A stretch of 64,000 nucleotides of DNA from Clostridia bacterium (GCA_017936745.1 JAGBEY010000016.1:69258-133257); one strand, 5' to 3'. Positions 10,137 to 20,041 are shown, counted from the stretch's first letter. Notes: a model not told the origin generated them from the letters alone. A program made the numbers and translations.

Positions 10137-11519
10137 TTATATTCTGTGACAATTTTCACGGATAAACGCCTGCTTTTTGGGAAGTGTTAAATCTAAATCC
10201 CGGATGTAGCGCTCCGGCTGCTTATCGGTTCTGAGTTTTGCAAACGGCTTTTTGTCGGTAAAATCAATGAGCTTGGATGTGCCGCCGGCTCCAACTGCTA
10301 TCACGGAGGATGCCTCCTCCATCATAAAAATATTATACATACATTCCTTGCCGTTTTTCATAAACCCCACATTTTCCATAGAGGAAACCGCTTCCTTCTG
10401 ACGGTAAATATAATACGGCTCATAAACGGGGAGCAGCATTTGATAGGCATATTCCCACATTTTTTCTACTTCCTCTGCAGTGGTTCTATCACTGGTATCT
10501 ATAAGACCTGAGGTTCTTTTTTTACAAAGGGTATGTACCGTGATATGCTCGGGAGCAAGAGAAATCACACCGTCTAAAGAATGTTTGAAATCAAGAAAGG
10601 TTTCACCTGTAAGCCCGGCAATCAGGTCGGTATTGATCGTTTCAAAACCGATTTTGCGGCAGATTTCATAAGCCCGGTAAAACTCCTCCACTGTGTGTCT
10701 GCGCCCGATTGTTTCCAATGTTTTTTGGTTTAACGTCTGAGGATTGATGCTGACACGGCTGACACCATACTCTTTCAAAAGACGGAGCTTCGCTTCGGTC
10801 ACCGTATCGGCTCTGCCTGCCTCCACCGTAAACTCCTGTGGCATGGAAAAGGCGTTGAGTGTTTGCAGCAACCGCTCCAGTTGAGCCTCTGTTAATACCG
10901 TAGGCGTTCCCCCTCCGATATAAACAGATGTGAGCTTCAGTCCACATTCCGAAATAGTTTCCAGCACACCGCGAAGCTCTGTGAGCAGTGCCTCAAGGTA
11001 ACCGTCTATCAGCTGGGAATACGGCTTTAAATATGCTAAGGTAAAGGAACAGTATTTACAACGTGACGGGCAAAAGGGAATGTGAATATATAACGAAACG
11101 GATCCCCTGAAAAGACTTTGTCTCACACTGTGAACCCGACCGGCACACTGCTCCATTACTTCCGCTTTTTTCGGAGAAACAAAATATACTTCACCAAGAT
11201 GTTTGACAATATCCTGCCGGAATTTCAATGCGGTCTGAGAGGGACGCACCCCCGTCAGCACCCCGAAGGGAAGCTTGGCGTCTGTAACACGGTACACAGT
11301 TCGCTTTAAAGTCAACAATACATCTTCACGAAGGATTGGCTCTTCCCAAAGCTTACCATCAAAACATACGGTTACCGTGTTCTCTCCCACCGTGTAGGAC
11401 AGTTCCGCATCTGCATTTTCTCCGTTTACAACAACGGTATCGTAAGGAAAAATCATCTTCAATAAATGATAAATTCCATATCGGTATGCTTCTGTTTCGT
11501 TTTTTAGATTGATAACCAT
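10137..11519 (-). CDS. hemZ: HemZ/HemN-like radical SAM protein
   Basis: PFGVLTGVRP N-terminal motif, YIHIPFCPSRCKYC, GGGTPT, INPQT and PYYIYRQK. It follows an MBL-fold gene, as is usual in Firmicutes. Confidence 0.88.
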   Translation of the reverse strand: MVINLKNETEAYRYGIYHLLKMIFPYDTVVVNGENADAELSYTVGENTVTVCFDGKLWEEPILREDVLLTLKRTVYRVTDAKLPFGVLTGVRPSQTALKFRQDIVKHLGEVYFVSPKKAEVMEQCAGRVHSVRQSLFRGSVSLYIHIPFCPSRCKYCSFTLAYLKPYSQLIDGYLEALLTELRGVLETISECGLKLTSVYIGGGTPTVLTEAQLERLLQTLNAFSMPQEFTVEAGRADTVTEAKLRLLKEYGVSRVSINPQTLNQKTLETIGRRHTVEEFYRAYEICRKIGFETINTDLIAGLTGETFLDFKHSLDGVISLAPEHITVHTLCKKRTSGLIDTSDRTTAEEVEKMWEYAYQMLLPVYEPYYIYRQKEAVSSMENVGFMKNGKECMYNIFMMEEASSVIAVGAGGTSKLIDFTDKKPFAKLRTDKQPERYIRDLDLTLPKKQAFIRENCHRI

Positions 11520-12133
11520 CGGTAAACCTCGTTACTCACTTTTTCCTCTCCTACCGTAGTGGCAGGCCCATGACCCGAATAAATCACAGTAGAGTCGGGC
11601 AGAAGAAAAATTTTATGCAGGATAGAATGGGTCAGCTTAGATAAATCTCCCGTGGGAAAATCCCATCTGCCCAGCGTGCCGTAAAAAACGGTATCTCCGG
11701 AAAAAAGCACGCCATCAGTATAAAGGCACATTCCTCCCTGTGTATGCCCGGGCGTGTGAATCACCCGGAGGGAAATGTCTCCCGCTAAAATTTCATCCCC
11801 TTCTTTTACATAGCTGTCTACCTCGGGAACGGGAAATGCAGGGTCAACAAACATACCAAGAGAAAGATTCGGATTCTGAATCAGCTCTTTTTCCTCCTCA
11901 TGTGCCACAACGCTTGCGCCGGTATATGCTTTTAGTTCATTCACAGCTCCGACATGGTCATAATGCCCGTGTGTCAGCACAATGGCTTTGACAGAAAGCT
12001 GATTGTCTGAAATTGTTTTAATGAGGGTATTCGCCTCGTCGCCCGGGTCAATCACCATTGCATTTTTTCGTTCATCAAAAATGATATGGCAGTTTTCTCC
12101 GATTGTGCCGGTAATGATTGTAATAATCTGCAT
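11504..12133 (-). CDS. MBL-fold metallo-hydrolase (glyoxalase II-like)
   Basis: THGHYDH, HTPGHT, FSGD and GHG motifs. Start taken at MQIITII. Confidence 0.9.
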   Translation of the reverse strand: MQIITIITGTIGENCHIIFDERKNAMVIDPGDEANTLIKTISDNQLSVKAIVLTHGHYDHVGAVNELKAYTGASVVAHEEEKELIQNPNLSLGMFVDPAFPVPEVDSYVKEGDEILAGDISLRVIHTPGHTQGGMCLYTDGVLFSGDTVFYGTLGRWDFPTGDLSKLTHSILHKIFLLPDSTVIYSGHGPATTVGEEKVSNEVYRWLSI

Positions 12134-12193
12134 ATTTCTCACTTCCAACGGGTTTATAATAGCTGAAAAAAAGTATACAATTTTTCTTACTAT

Positions 12194-12222
12194 ATCATAC
12201 ACTATTTTTCGGCATTTGTCAA
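12194..12222 (-). promoter_or_regulatory. Sigma-A promoter for the MBL-hemZ-ppa-pfk-...-miaA run
   Basis: TTGACA-17 bp-TATGAT on the minus strand; the -35 overlaps the clpC stop codon. Confidence 0.7.
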
Positions 12223-14675
12223 TTTTTTTCCATTGAGATTTTCTGGTTTTTATAAATTATTTTCACCTTTTCTCCCACCTTCAAATTTCCCGATAAAATA
12301 CTCTCTGCCAAAAAGTCCTCCACTTGTTGCCGTACTGCCCTTTTCAGGGGGCGTGCACCGTATTTTTCCCGTTCCTCATTTGTTGCCAAAAAGCGGATTA
12401 CCTCAGGAGAAAAATCCACAATGTAACCCCTTTGTTCCAGCCTGCTTTTTAAATTGTTGAGTAAAATTTTTACAATTGCCTCCAGCTCCTCGGAGCTTAG
12501 ACGACTAAATACAATCACTTCATCCAGCCGGTTTAAGAATTCGGGCTGAAACGTTTTTTTCAGTTCCCGTTTTACTTTCTCACTGATTTGACGATGGATT
12601 TCCTCCGGGGTCTCATTATTTTCACGAAATCCAACCGACGTGGTTTCCTCCGTAATATACCGGGCACCGATATTGGAGGTCATAATAATGAGTGTGTTTT
12701 TAAAATTGATTTTTCTGCCGGTTGCATCGGTCAAAATGCCCTCATCCAAAATTTGTAAAAGCAAATGAAACACGTCCGGATGTGCTTTTTCAATTTCGTC
12801 AAACAGTACCACACTATATGGATGTCGGCGAACCTTTTCACTGAGCTGACCGCCCTCAGAATATCCTACATAGCCCGGTGGTGAGCCTATCATTTTCGAT
12901 ACGCTGTGTTTTTCCATATATTCCGACATATCCAGCCGTATCATCGCATCACGGCTTCCGTACACCAACTCCGAAATTGCTTTGGAAAGCTCGGTTTTTC
13001 CCACTCCGGTCGGCCCTAAAAAAAGAAAACTTCCAACCGGCTTATCCGGGTCGCACAAGCCGGATTTTCCACGGCGAATCGCCTTGGAAACTGCCGTTAC
13101 TGCCTGATGCTGTCCTACTATTTTTTCGTGTAGCTTTTCCTCCAGAGACAACAGCTTTTTTTGTTCATCCTCATGCAGCCGAACCAAAGGAATTCCTGTC
13201 CATTTTGAAATAATCTCCGCAATATGATCACCGGTTACCACCTGGCGTGCATTTGCATTTTTGGCTTTCCAATCCTCCAGCTCCTGCTGATACCGTTTCT
13301 GAAATGCCATTTCTTTTTCCCGCATTTGCGCTGCCCGTTCATAATCCTGTGTAGCGATTGCTTCTTCTTTCTCACGTAAAATATTTTTCAGCTTTTCCTC
13401 GGTTTCCACGATGTTTTCCGGCAAAGTGTGCAACCGAAGCCGCACGCCCGATGCCGCTTCGTCTATTAAATCAATGGCTTTATCAGGCAGATAGCGGTCT
13501 CTTAAATAGCGGTGAGAAAGCTCTGCGGCACATTTCATCGCCTCATCGGTAATTTTTACATTGTGATGTGTTTCAAATTTATCCTTTATACCGTCCAAGA
13601 TCCGTATGGTTTCCTCCACTGTGGGTTCACTGACCACAATCGGCTGAAATCTGCGTTCCAGTGCGGCATCCCGCTCAATATGCTTGCGGTATTCCTCTAA
13701 GGTAGTTGCTCCAATCATATGAATTTCGCCGCGGCTTAAGGACGGCTTTAAAATATTTGCCGCATCAATGGCACCCTCTGCTGCCCCCGCTCCCACAATG
13801 TTATGAATTTCGTCAATAAATAATATGATATTTTCACTTTTTTTTGCTTCGTCAAGGGCTTTTTTTACCCGTTCTTCAAATTCGCCACGATACTTAGTCC
13901 CTGCTAAAACTGAAGAAATATCCAGCGAAAGCACTCGTTTGTTCCGAAGCAGATTGGGAATGTTACGGTCTACAATTCTTTGCGCCAAGCCCTCCACAAT
14001 TGCTGTTTTTCCAACACCCGGTTCCCCAATCAGACAGGGATTGTTTTTGGTACGGCGGCATAGCACCTGAATCATACGCTCCACTTCCTCGTCTCTGCCA
14101 ATCATGGGGTCAATTTTCCCCTCATAGCAAAGCCGGGTTAAATCCTTAGCACAGCTGTTCAAAATGGGAGTGTCCCCATGAAAGCGGTGAGAATATGAAG
14201 TATTTTTCGGCTTTTCTCCTAATTTTGGCGGCAGCATTCCGTTTGATACCATATCGTAAATATCATTTTTCATTTGTTCTGTGTTAACTTTTAAGGCAGA
14301 TAGAATCCGCCCGGCTACCGAATCCTCCAGGGAAAGTAAGGCTAAAAGCAAATGCTCTGTTCCAATGTAATTATGCCCCATCTCTTTTGCTTCAATGAAG
14401 CTGAGTTCTATCATTTGCTTTGCCTTGGGCGTGAATGCCACCTTACCGGTGTATGCGCCTGCAGGAGTGCCGTATACTTCGCGGATTTTTTCAATCAGCT
14501 TGTCCTCCCGTAATCCCCCTGCAATTAAAATCCGGTGGGAAATGCCATTTTTCTCCTTCAAAAGCCCGTAGAGCAAATGCTCACTTCCCAGATAGCTTTG
14601 TGAAAATTGCCGTGCCAGAGTTTCGCCGTAACGAAGTACCGATGCTGCCTTTTCGGTGAATTTTTTCTCAAACAT
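12219..14675 (-). CDS. clpC: ATP-dependent Clp protease ATPase subunit ClpC
   Basis: Double Clp-N repeat, GEPGVGKT and GPTGVGKT Walker A motifs, UVR-type middle domain (EKEEAIATQDYERAA), VGF ClpP-docking loop and YGARPL. Confidence 0.93.
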   Translation of the reverse strand: MFEKKFTEKAASVLRYGETLARQFSQSYLGSEHLLYGLLKEKNGISHRILIAGGLREDKLIEKIREVYGTPAGAYTGKVAFTPKAKQMIELSFIEAKEMGHNYIGTEHLLLALLSLEDSVAGRILSALKVNTEQMKNDIYDMVSNGMLPPKLGEKPKNTSYSHRFHGDTPILNSCAKDLTRLCYEGKIDPMIGRDEEVERMIQVLCRRTKNNPCLIGEPGVGKTAIVEGLAQRIVDRNIPNLLRNKRVLSLDISSVLAGTKYRGEFEERVKKALDEAKKSENIILFIDEIHNIVGAGAAEGAIDAANILKPSLSRGEIHMIGATTLEEYRKHIERDAALERRFQPIVVSEPTVEETIRILDGIKDKFETHHNVKITDEAMKCAAELSHRYLRDRYLPDKAIDLIDEAASGVRLRLHTLPENIVETEEKLKNILREKEEAIATQDYERAAQMREKEMAFQKRYQQELEDWKAKNANARQVVTGDHIAEIISKWTGIPLVRLHEDEQKKLLSLEEKLHEKIVGQHQAVTAVSKAIRRGKSGLCDPDKPVGSFLFLGPTGVGKTELSKAISELVYGSRDAMIRLDMSEYMEKHSVSKMIGSPPGYVGYSEGGQLSEKVRRHPYSVVLFDEIEKAHPDVFHLLLQILDEGILTDATGRKINFKNTLIIMTSNIGARYITEETTSVGFRENNETPEEIHRQISEKVKRELKKTFQPEFLNRLDEVIVFSRLSSEELEAIVKILLNNLKSRLEQRGYIVDFSPEVIRFLATNEEREKYGARPLKRAVRQQVEDFLAESILSGNLKVGEKVKIIYKNQKISMEKN

Positions 14676-14697
14676 AAAAACAATCCTTTCTCTGTTT

Positions 14698-14727
14698 CAT
14701 TTTTGCCGAAAAAAGAAAAAGAAATTC
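14698..14727 (-). promoter_or_regulatory. Possible sigma-F/G-type promoter for clpC
   Basis: GAATT-15 bp-GGCAAAAATG, compared with the consensus GYWTA-N15-GGnrAnAnTW. The -10 matches well; the -35 is imperfect. Confidence 0.35.
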
Positions 14728-14776
14728 AAAAAAAGAGCTGCGACAAACCCGTTTAACGTTTGTCACAGCTTTTTTT
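14728..14776 (-). terminator. Intrinsic terminator after spoVM
   Basis: Stem AGCTGTGACAAAC...GTTTGTCGCAGCT followed by CTTTTTTT on the minus strand. Confidence 0.8.
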
Positions 14777-14785
14777 GGGAACTTT

Positions 14786-14860
14786 CTAATTTTTCACCTT
14801 AAAAATCATTTTAAAAATTCCTTTTAAGAATGACGGCGGTTTATAAACAACAATTTTCAA
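14786..14860 (-). CDS. spoVM: Stage V sporulation protein M (24 aa, MKIVVYKPPSFLKGIFKMIFKVKN)
   Basis: Below the ORF-track cutoff. RBS AAGGAGG with TTG start; K7-x-P9-x-F-L-x-G-I amphipathic pattern of SpoVM; syntenic with prkC-rsgA-rpe-thiN as in B. subtilis. Confidence 0.85.
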   Translation of the reverse strand: MKIVVYKPPSFLKGIFKMIFKVKN

Positions 14861-14877
14861 ACGATTTCCCCTCCTTT

Positions 14878-15054
14878 TTAAAATCTTCGCTTATGGTCAG
14901 ACATACAAAGACAATACCCTACCACGATTAAAAGAACAGACAGCAAAATGACGATAATGGTTGCCGGAACGGACAGAGCAATGATAATTCCGCCTCCAAC
15001 AGCGGCAAGCACCAAGCCCCAGCTCAAACAAAATAAATTGCGGATAAATTTCAT
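14878..15054 (-). CDS. Small two-helix membrane protein, unknown function (58 aa)
   Basis: RBS GGAGGTG before MKFIRNLFCLSWG; two hydrophobic segments and a basic tail HKRRF. Confidence 0.7.
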   Translation of the reverse strand: MKFIRNLFCLSWGLVLAAVGGGIIIALSVPATIIVILLSVLLIVVGYCLCMSDHKRRF

Positions 15055-15123
15055 AAAAACCACCTCCGGCGTATGTAATAAAAGAGCCATACTGAATCAA
15101 ATGACATTTCTACTATCATTATA

Positions 15124-15753
15124 TCAGTATGGCTGATTTTTGTTACAAATAATGAGCAAATTTCCTTCCGAAACCTTAAATTCTGCAGTCTCGCTTACAA
15201 ACTCATTACTGGTTCCTATGATATTGTATTTATCTAAAAAAGCGTTTTCCAGCGGATATTTCAATCCCGTCATCGTTACCCCCTCGCAGACATCGGAAAA
15301 GGCATAAACCGAAACGGTTGTTCCGATTGGCTTTTTCAATGTAAGACAAGAATCCGTGAGATACACCTCTGTCACTCCGTCTGTCACCACCATAGAAACA
15401 TCACGCACCATTGCCTGCTGTAAAAGGCATACATTGGCGTAGCTATGGTCAAACCGGCTGCCGATTCCTCCGTACAATACGATCTTCGTTGCCCCTTTGG
15501 AAAAAGCAAACCGCAACGCATATAAGCTGTCCGTTTCGTCCTTTTCCACAGGAAGCTTCACTTTTTTTATGTTATCCTCGGGTTCTTCCAAAATGGAATC
15601 AAAATCCCCCACTAAAATATCTGGCACAATTCCGCACTCGCATGCATGGTCGTAGCCTCCGTCGGCACAAATGATATAATCTGCCTCCCGGGCATAGCGG
15701 AGCAATTCCGACCGACTCCCTGAATTTCCAGATGCAATAATTAAAATATTCAC
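15124..15753 (-). CDS. thiN: Thiamine diphosphokinase
   Basis: ADGG, GDFDS, KDETD, RFDH, GLKYPL and GTSNE motifs. GTG start 2 nt after the rpe stop. Confidence 0.93.
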   Translation of the reverse strand: MNILIIASGNSGSRSELLRYAREADYIICADGGYDHACECGIVPDILVGDFDSILEEPEDNIKKVKLPVEKDETDSLYALRFAFSKGATKIVLYGGIGSRFDHSYANVCLLQQAMVRDVSMVVTDGVTEVYLTDSCLTLKKPIGTTVSVYAFSDVCEGVTMTGLKYPLENAFLDKYNIIGTSNEFVSETAEFKVSEGNLLIICNKNQPY

Positions 15754-15754
15754 G

Positions 15755-16390
15755 TTATTCTCCCCGAATCTGAGCAATTGCAGCAGCACGGTTATCTGCA
15801 CCGAATACAGAGCTTCCTGCGACTGCCATAGTAACACCGCACCGTTCCAGTGTGCGGGCGTTGTCCGCATTTACTCCTCCGTCAACCGAAAGAAGAATGT
15901 CTTTCTTTCCAATCATCTGTTTGATATTTTTTATTTTCTCATAAGCAGTTTCAATAAATTTTTGCCCCCCAAAGCCGGGATAAACAGACATCACAGTAAT
16001 CATAGAAATGCAGTCTAAATACGGAATCAGCAAGCTCACAGGCGTGTCCGGGCTGACAGCAAGCCCTGCTTTTTTCCCAAAACTCTGAATGAGACGAATA
16101 CATTCTCCGATATCGTCAGGCTGCTCCACGTGAACAGTAATATAATCAGAACCGGCTTTTGCAAATGGTTCGATATAATTCAACGGATTGTCAATCATCA
16201 AATGTGTGTCAAACGGCAAATCGGTATGGGGACGTATGGATTCAATCACACAAGGACCAATGGTCAGATTTGGCACAAAGTGACCGTCCATCACATCCAG
16301 ATGCAAAAAATCTGCTGTTTTTACAGTACGGATTTCCTCTGCAAGACGGGAAAAATCTGCCGCTAATAAGGAGGGTGCAACTTTTATCAT
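15755..16390 (-). CDS. rpe: Ribulose-phosphate 3-epimerase
   Basis: APSLLAADF, HLDVMDGHFVPNLT, MSVYPGFGGQ and VDGG. Confidence 0.97.
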   Translation of the reverse strand: MIKVAPSLLAADFSRLAEEIRTVKTADFLHLDVMDGHFVPNLTIGPCVIESIRPHTDLPFDTHLMIDNPLNYIEPFAKAGSDYITVHVEQPDDIGECIRLIQSFGKKAGLAVSPDTPVSLLIPYLDCISMITVMSVYPGFGGQKFIETAYEKIKNIKQMIGKKDILLSVDGGVNADNARTLERCGVTMAVAGSSVFGADNRAAAIAQIRGE

Positions 16391-16403
16391 AATTTTGTCC
16401 TTT

Positions 16404-17285
16404 CTACCGTTTTTTCCACGGCTTGATGTCCTTAATTTTCTCGTAAATAGTCCGGTAGCTTTCGTATCGGGAAGATGCAATTTTTCCCTCATTCAGAAGT
16501 TTCAGTACACCGCATCCTTTTTCCTTGGTGTGAGAGCATCCCTTAAACTGACAAACAGCCTCCCGAAATTCCGGAAATAAGCTATCCAGATACGGAATGG
16601 CAAAATCAATCTCCAAAGAAGAAAAGCCCGGGGTGTCTGCTACGTAGGTATCGGGAGCAATTTCAAACAATTCACAATGGCGGGTGGTGTGTCTGCCACG
16701 GGTTAACTTACTGATTTCTCCGGTTTTCAGCTCGACATTTTCCACCAGCAGATTCAAAATAGACGATTTTCCTGCTCCTGAAAATCCGGCAAACACATTG
16801 ATGCCGCCGGAAACGGCATTTTTAATGTCGGAAATACCTTCCCCGTTTACGGTATTTGCATATATGACATGATAGCCGATGGCTTCATATAAGCTGCCGT
16901 ATTGTGTGCCCTTATCCAAATCATTTTTATTGATAACGAGCAATGGCTCGATGTCATAAAGCTCACAGAATACTAACAGCTTATCCACAAAATATGGGTC
17001 AAAGTCGGGAGATTTGGAGGGGGCAACAATGATAAAATGGTCCACATTAGAAACAGCAGGGCGGATGAGCAGATTTTTCCGCTCATAAATTTCGTCCAGA
17101 CTTCCTTTTTTCGTTTCCTCGGAAATCACTGAAATCCGCACACGGTCTCCCACTGTGGGAATAATCTCATTTTTTCGGAATACACCGCGTGCTTTACATT
17201 CGTACCATCCGTTTTCGGTTTGCACGTAATAAAAGCCGCCAATCCCTTTTGTCAGCAATCCGTCCAACCTCTCCAGACACCTCAA
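16404..17285 (-). CDS. rsgA: Ribosome small subunit-dependent GTPase A
   Basis: OB fold, NKND, GFSGAGKSS, GRHTT, DTPGF and Zn site CxFxxCxHxxExxC. Exact start uncertain. Confidence 0.95.
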   Translation of the reverse strand: MRCLERLDGLLTKGIGGFYYVQTENGWYECKARGVFRKNEIIPTVGDRVRISVISEETKKGSLDEIYERKNLLIRPAVSNVDHFIIVAPSKSPDFDPYFVDKLLVFCELYDIEPLLVINKNDLDKGTQYGSLYEAIGYHVIYANTVNGEGISDIKNAVSGGINVFAGFSGAGKSSILNLLVENVELKTGEISKLTRGRHTTRHCELFEIAPDTYVADTPGFSSLEIDFAIPYLDSLFPEFREAVCQFKGCSHTKEKGCGVLKLLNEGKIASSRYESYRTIYEKIKDIKPWKKR

Positions 17286-17288
17286 TTC

Positions 17289-19292
17289 TTAGTTAAATTT
17301 AATATTCTGCGAGAAGAAGGTCTGCCCATCCAGAAGGATTTCCACCTTCTGCGTGCCGCTTCCTCTCACGGTAACGGTAATTCGTTTTTCTGAGGTATTA
17401 TGGGATTTCCGATATACCTCACTGCCTGCTTTTTTTACAACAACAGTCGCCGTTTCTCTATCCTGGGGCAAATCTATGGTTAAGCTTTGCGATGCTTCCG
17501 TCTGAGGAGCAACTGTAGGTGTAATTGTGGGAGTTACCGGCTCATCCTCTTTGGCGATAATGGTAAGACGAATTGATGTTCCTTTCGAAACCAGGGTTTC
17601 TTTTTCAATGGACTGTTCGGTTACTTTTCCCACATTTTCTGTCCCCTTCTTTTCAGAGAAGGTGATAACTAAACCGATTTCTTCTGCCTTAACCTTTGCC
17701 TGCTGCTCTGTCATACCCACAAAATTTGGAACAAAAACCTCTGCATTTTCATCGGTTTTTGCAATATGAAGCACCACCTCTGTCCCTTTTTTCGCTTGGG
17801 TGTTTCCACTGGGCTTCTGGCGGATAACAAAGCCTTCAGGGATATCTTCGGACACTTCCTCCACCATCCGTACCGTAAAGCCTGCTTTTTCCAGCTCCTG
17901 CTTTGCCTGGCGATATTCTTTATTCACCACTTTGGCAACATTGACCATAACAGAATCGGTATCGTTTTTAACAACATCCAGCTGAACAGTAGTTTTTCTT
18001 ACCTTAACCATAATATTTCCGCTGGGATACTGATTGATGATGAGACCGTCTTCACGAGAGTCATCCTCGATTTCGTTCACCTTAACCTTCAGCCCCTCAG
18101 CCTCCAGCATCGGCTGCACTTCTTCGATATTTTTCTCTACCACATTGGGAAGCAGATATTCTTTCGACTCAAACAAGGAAGAAAAATCAAGATTTGGGAA
18201 GAAAACCTTGGCAAACAAAAATAACATTAGTGCCACAATCACTGCAGAAACGCTCACAGCTGCAATCACCGCGGTGCGTTCCTTTTTATCCTTCCAAAAA
18301 GGCACTTTTTTCTTCTTTTCTTCTTTTTCCTCTGCTTTGTTAATCGTTTTCTCCGAATGATAGTCTGATTCTTCTTTTTTTACCACCGGTTGTGACGCCT
18401 GCTTTGCAATATTTACCATTGCAATGGTTTCCTTAATAAAGGCATCCTCCTGCTCTTTGCTTGTAAGATTTTCTGCCTTTTTAAATTCGTTCAGCTCATC
18501 TGCCATTTCTTTTGCAGTCTGATAACGGTTCACCACATCACGCTGCATTGCCTTATTTACCATCTGCACCAATGCATTGGGAACAGAAATGTTCAAATCC
18601 TTAATGGAACGGGGTTCAGAATTTAAATGCATCAATGCTACAGACACCGCATTGGTTCCATCGTAGGGCAGCTTTCCGGTGAGCATTTCATACATAACAA
18701 TCCCCAAGGAATACAAGTCGCTTCTGGCATCAATCATAAAGCCCTTTGCCTGCTCGGGAGAAATGTAATGCACAGAACCGAGAACATCCTGCTCAATTTT
18801 TTTCGTTTCGTCTCCGTTTACAGCACGGGCAATTCCAAAATCGGTTACCTTCAAAATACCCTCATTGGTCACGATGATGTTCTGCGGCTTGATATCTCTA
18901 TGTACAATACCGTTTCTGTGTGCACATTCCAATGCGCTTAAAATCTGCAAGGAAAAATTGAGTGCCACATTCCAAGCCAGCACCCCGTTTTCCTTGATGA
19001 CCTCTTTTAAGGTTGCACCCTCTACATATTCCATAACGATGTAGTAAGTGTTCGCCTCCTGCCCCACATCGTACACAGACACAATATTTGTGCTGGACAG
19101 TGAGGCAGCAGATTGTGATTCAATGTAAAAACGTTTGACAAATTCTTTATCTGCGTTATATTCTTCTTTTAAAATTTTAACGGCAACAAAACGGTTTAAC
19201 ATCCTACATTTTGCCTTGTATACTCTTGACATACCGCCGGTACCGATTAACTCCAGCAGTTCGTAGCGATTGCCGAGAACTCTTCCAATCAT
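17289..19292 (-). CDS. prkC: PASTA-domain Ser/Thr protein kinase (PrkC/PknB/Stk1)
   Basis: GTGGMS, HRDIKPQN and DFGIA motifs, a TM helix and three PASTA repeats. Start at MIGRVLG (RBS AAGGAG). Confidence 0.95.
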   Translation of the reverse strand: MIGRVLGNRYELLELIGTGGMSRVYKAKCRMLNRFVAVKILKEEYNADKEFVKRFYIESQSAASLSSTNIVSVYDVGQEANTYYIVMEYVEGATLKEVIKENGVLAWNVALNFSLQILSALECAHRNGIVHRDIKPQNIIVTNEGILKVTDFGIARAVNGDETKKIEQDVLGSVHYISPEQAKGFMIDARSDLYSLGIVMYEMLTGKLPYDGTNAVSVALMHLNSEPRSIKDLNISVPNALVQMVNKAMQRDVVNRYQTAKEMADELNEFKKAENLTSKEQEDAFIKETIAMVNIAKQASQPVVKKEESDYHSEKTINKAEEKEEKKKKVPFWKDKKERTAVIAAVSVSAVIVALMLFLFAKVFFPNLDFSSLFESKEYLLPNVVEKNIEEVQPMLEAEGLKVKVNEIEDDSREDGLIINQYPSGNIMVKVRKTTVQLDVVKNDTDSVMVNVAKVVNKEYRQAKQELEKAGFTVRMVEEVSEDIPEGFVIRQKPSGNTQAKKGTEVVLHIAKTDENAEVFVPNFVGMTEQQAKVKAEEIGLVITFSEKKGTENVGKVTEQSIEKETLVSKGTSIRLTIIAKEDEPVTPTITPTVAPQTEASQSLTIDLPQDRETATVVVKKAGSEVYRKSHNTSEKRITVTVRGSGTQKVEILLDGQTFFSQNIKFN

Positions 19293-19336
19293 ATCCGTAA
19301 GCTCCTTCAAAATTGATAATAATAAGATTTCGTAAA

Positions 19337-20041
19337 TTATCCGATTACAACCGTAATGTTGTCATTGCCGCCATGCTCTTTCGCCAGCCGAACCAGCTCC
19401 ATGCAGGCGTTCTTTTTGTTGAATTTGGACATTACCTCTAAAATTTCTTCATCTGATACCAGCCCCGATAAACCATCGGAACAAAGCAGTATCTTATCGG
19501 TCCGCTTTTTCTCCAGCAGGAAAATATCCGGGTACACCTCCGGTTCAATGCCCAAGGCTTTCAGAATGATATTGCTTTTGGGGTGATTTTTTGCCTGCTC
19601 CTTGGTGATAACGCCCTTTTTTACCAGTTCATTCACAAATGAATGGTCTTTGGTTACCTGCCGGATGTTATTTTTGGAAACAAGATATGCACGGGAATCT
19701 CCCACATTGGCAATACAAACACTTTTTTCGTTTCCAACTGCCAGAACCAAGGTGGTTCCCATTCCGGCAAGTGATTCTTTTTTGGAAGCCAGCTCATACA
19801 CTGCATCATTGGCATGTTTTACAGCACGCCGAAGTGCAATCTCAGGGTCGGAAAAAATATCCTCTTGTGCCATATATTCCCGGACAGACTCTACCGCCAG
19901 CTGACTGGCAACCTCGCCGCCGTTATGACCTCCCATCCCGTCGGCAACCATCATCACATACCCTTTCGGGGTACTTTCAAAATAGAAGCTGTCCTCATTT
20001 AAGGGTCTTACATTTCCTACATCCGTTTGTCCGTATATCAT
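19337..20041 (-). CDS. PP2C-type Ser/Thr phosphatase (Stp1/PrpC)
   Basis: NEDS, VADGMGGH, NVGDSRAY, CSDGL and GNDNIT. Confidence 0.95.
   Translation of the reverse strand: MIYGQTDVGNVRPLNEDSFYFESTPKGYVMMVADGMGGHNGGEVASQLAVESVREYMAQEDIFSDPEIALRRAVKHANDAVYELASKKESLAGMGTTLVLAVGNEKSVCIANVGDSRAYLVSKNNIRQVTKDHSFVNELVKKGVITKEQAKNHPKSNIILKALGIEPEVYPDIFLLEKKRTDKILLCSDGLSGLVSDEEILEVMSKFNKKNACMELVRLAKEHGGNDNITVVIG

Noticed and set aside
14897-15100. Alternative 67-aa minus-strand ORF overlapping the small membrane protein
   Set aside because: No RBS; the overlapping frame has a strong GGAGGTG RBS and coherent hydrophobic helices.
15110-15165. Possible sigma-E/K promoter for the spoVM unit
   Set aside because: CATACT and GATATAAT elements are present, but the spacing to any -35 is not convincing.
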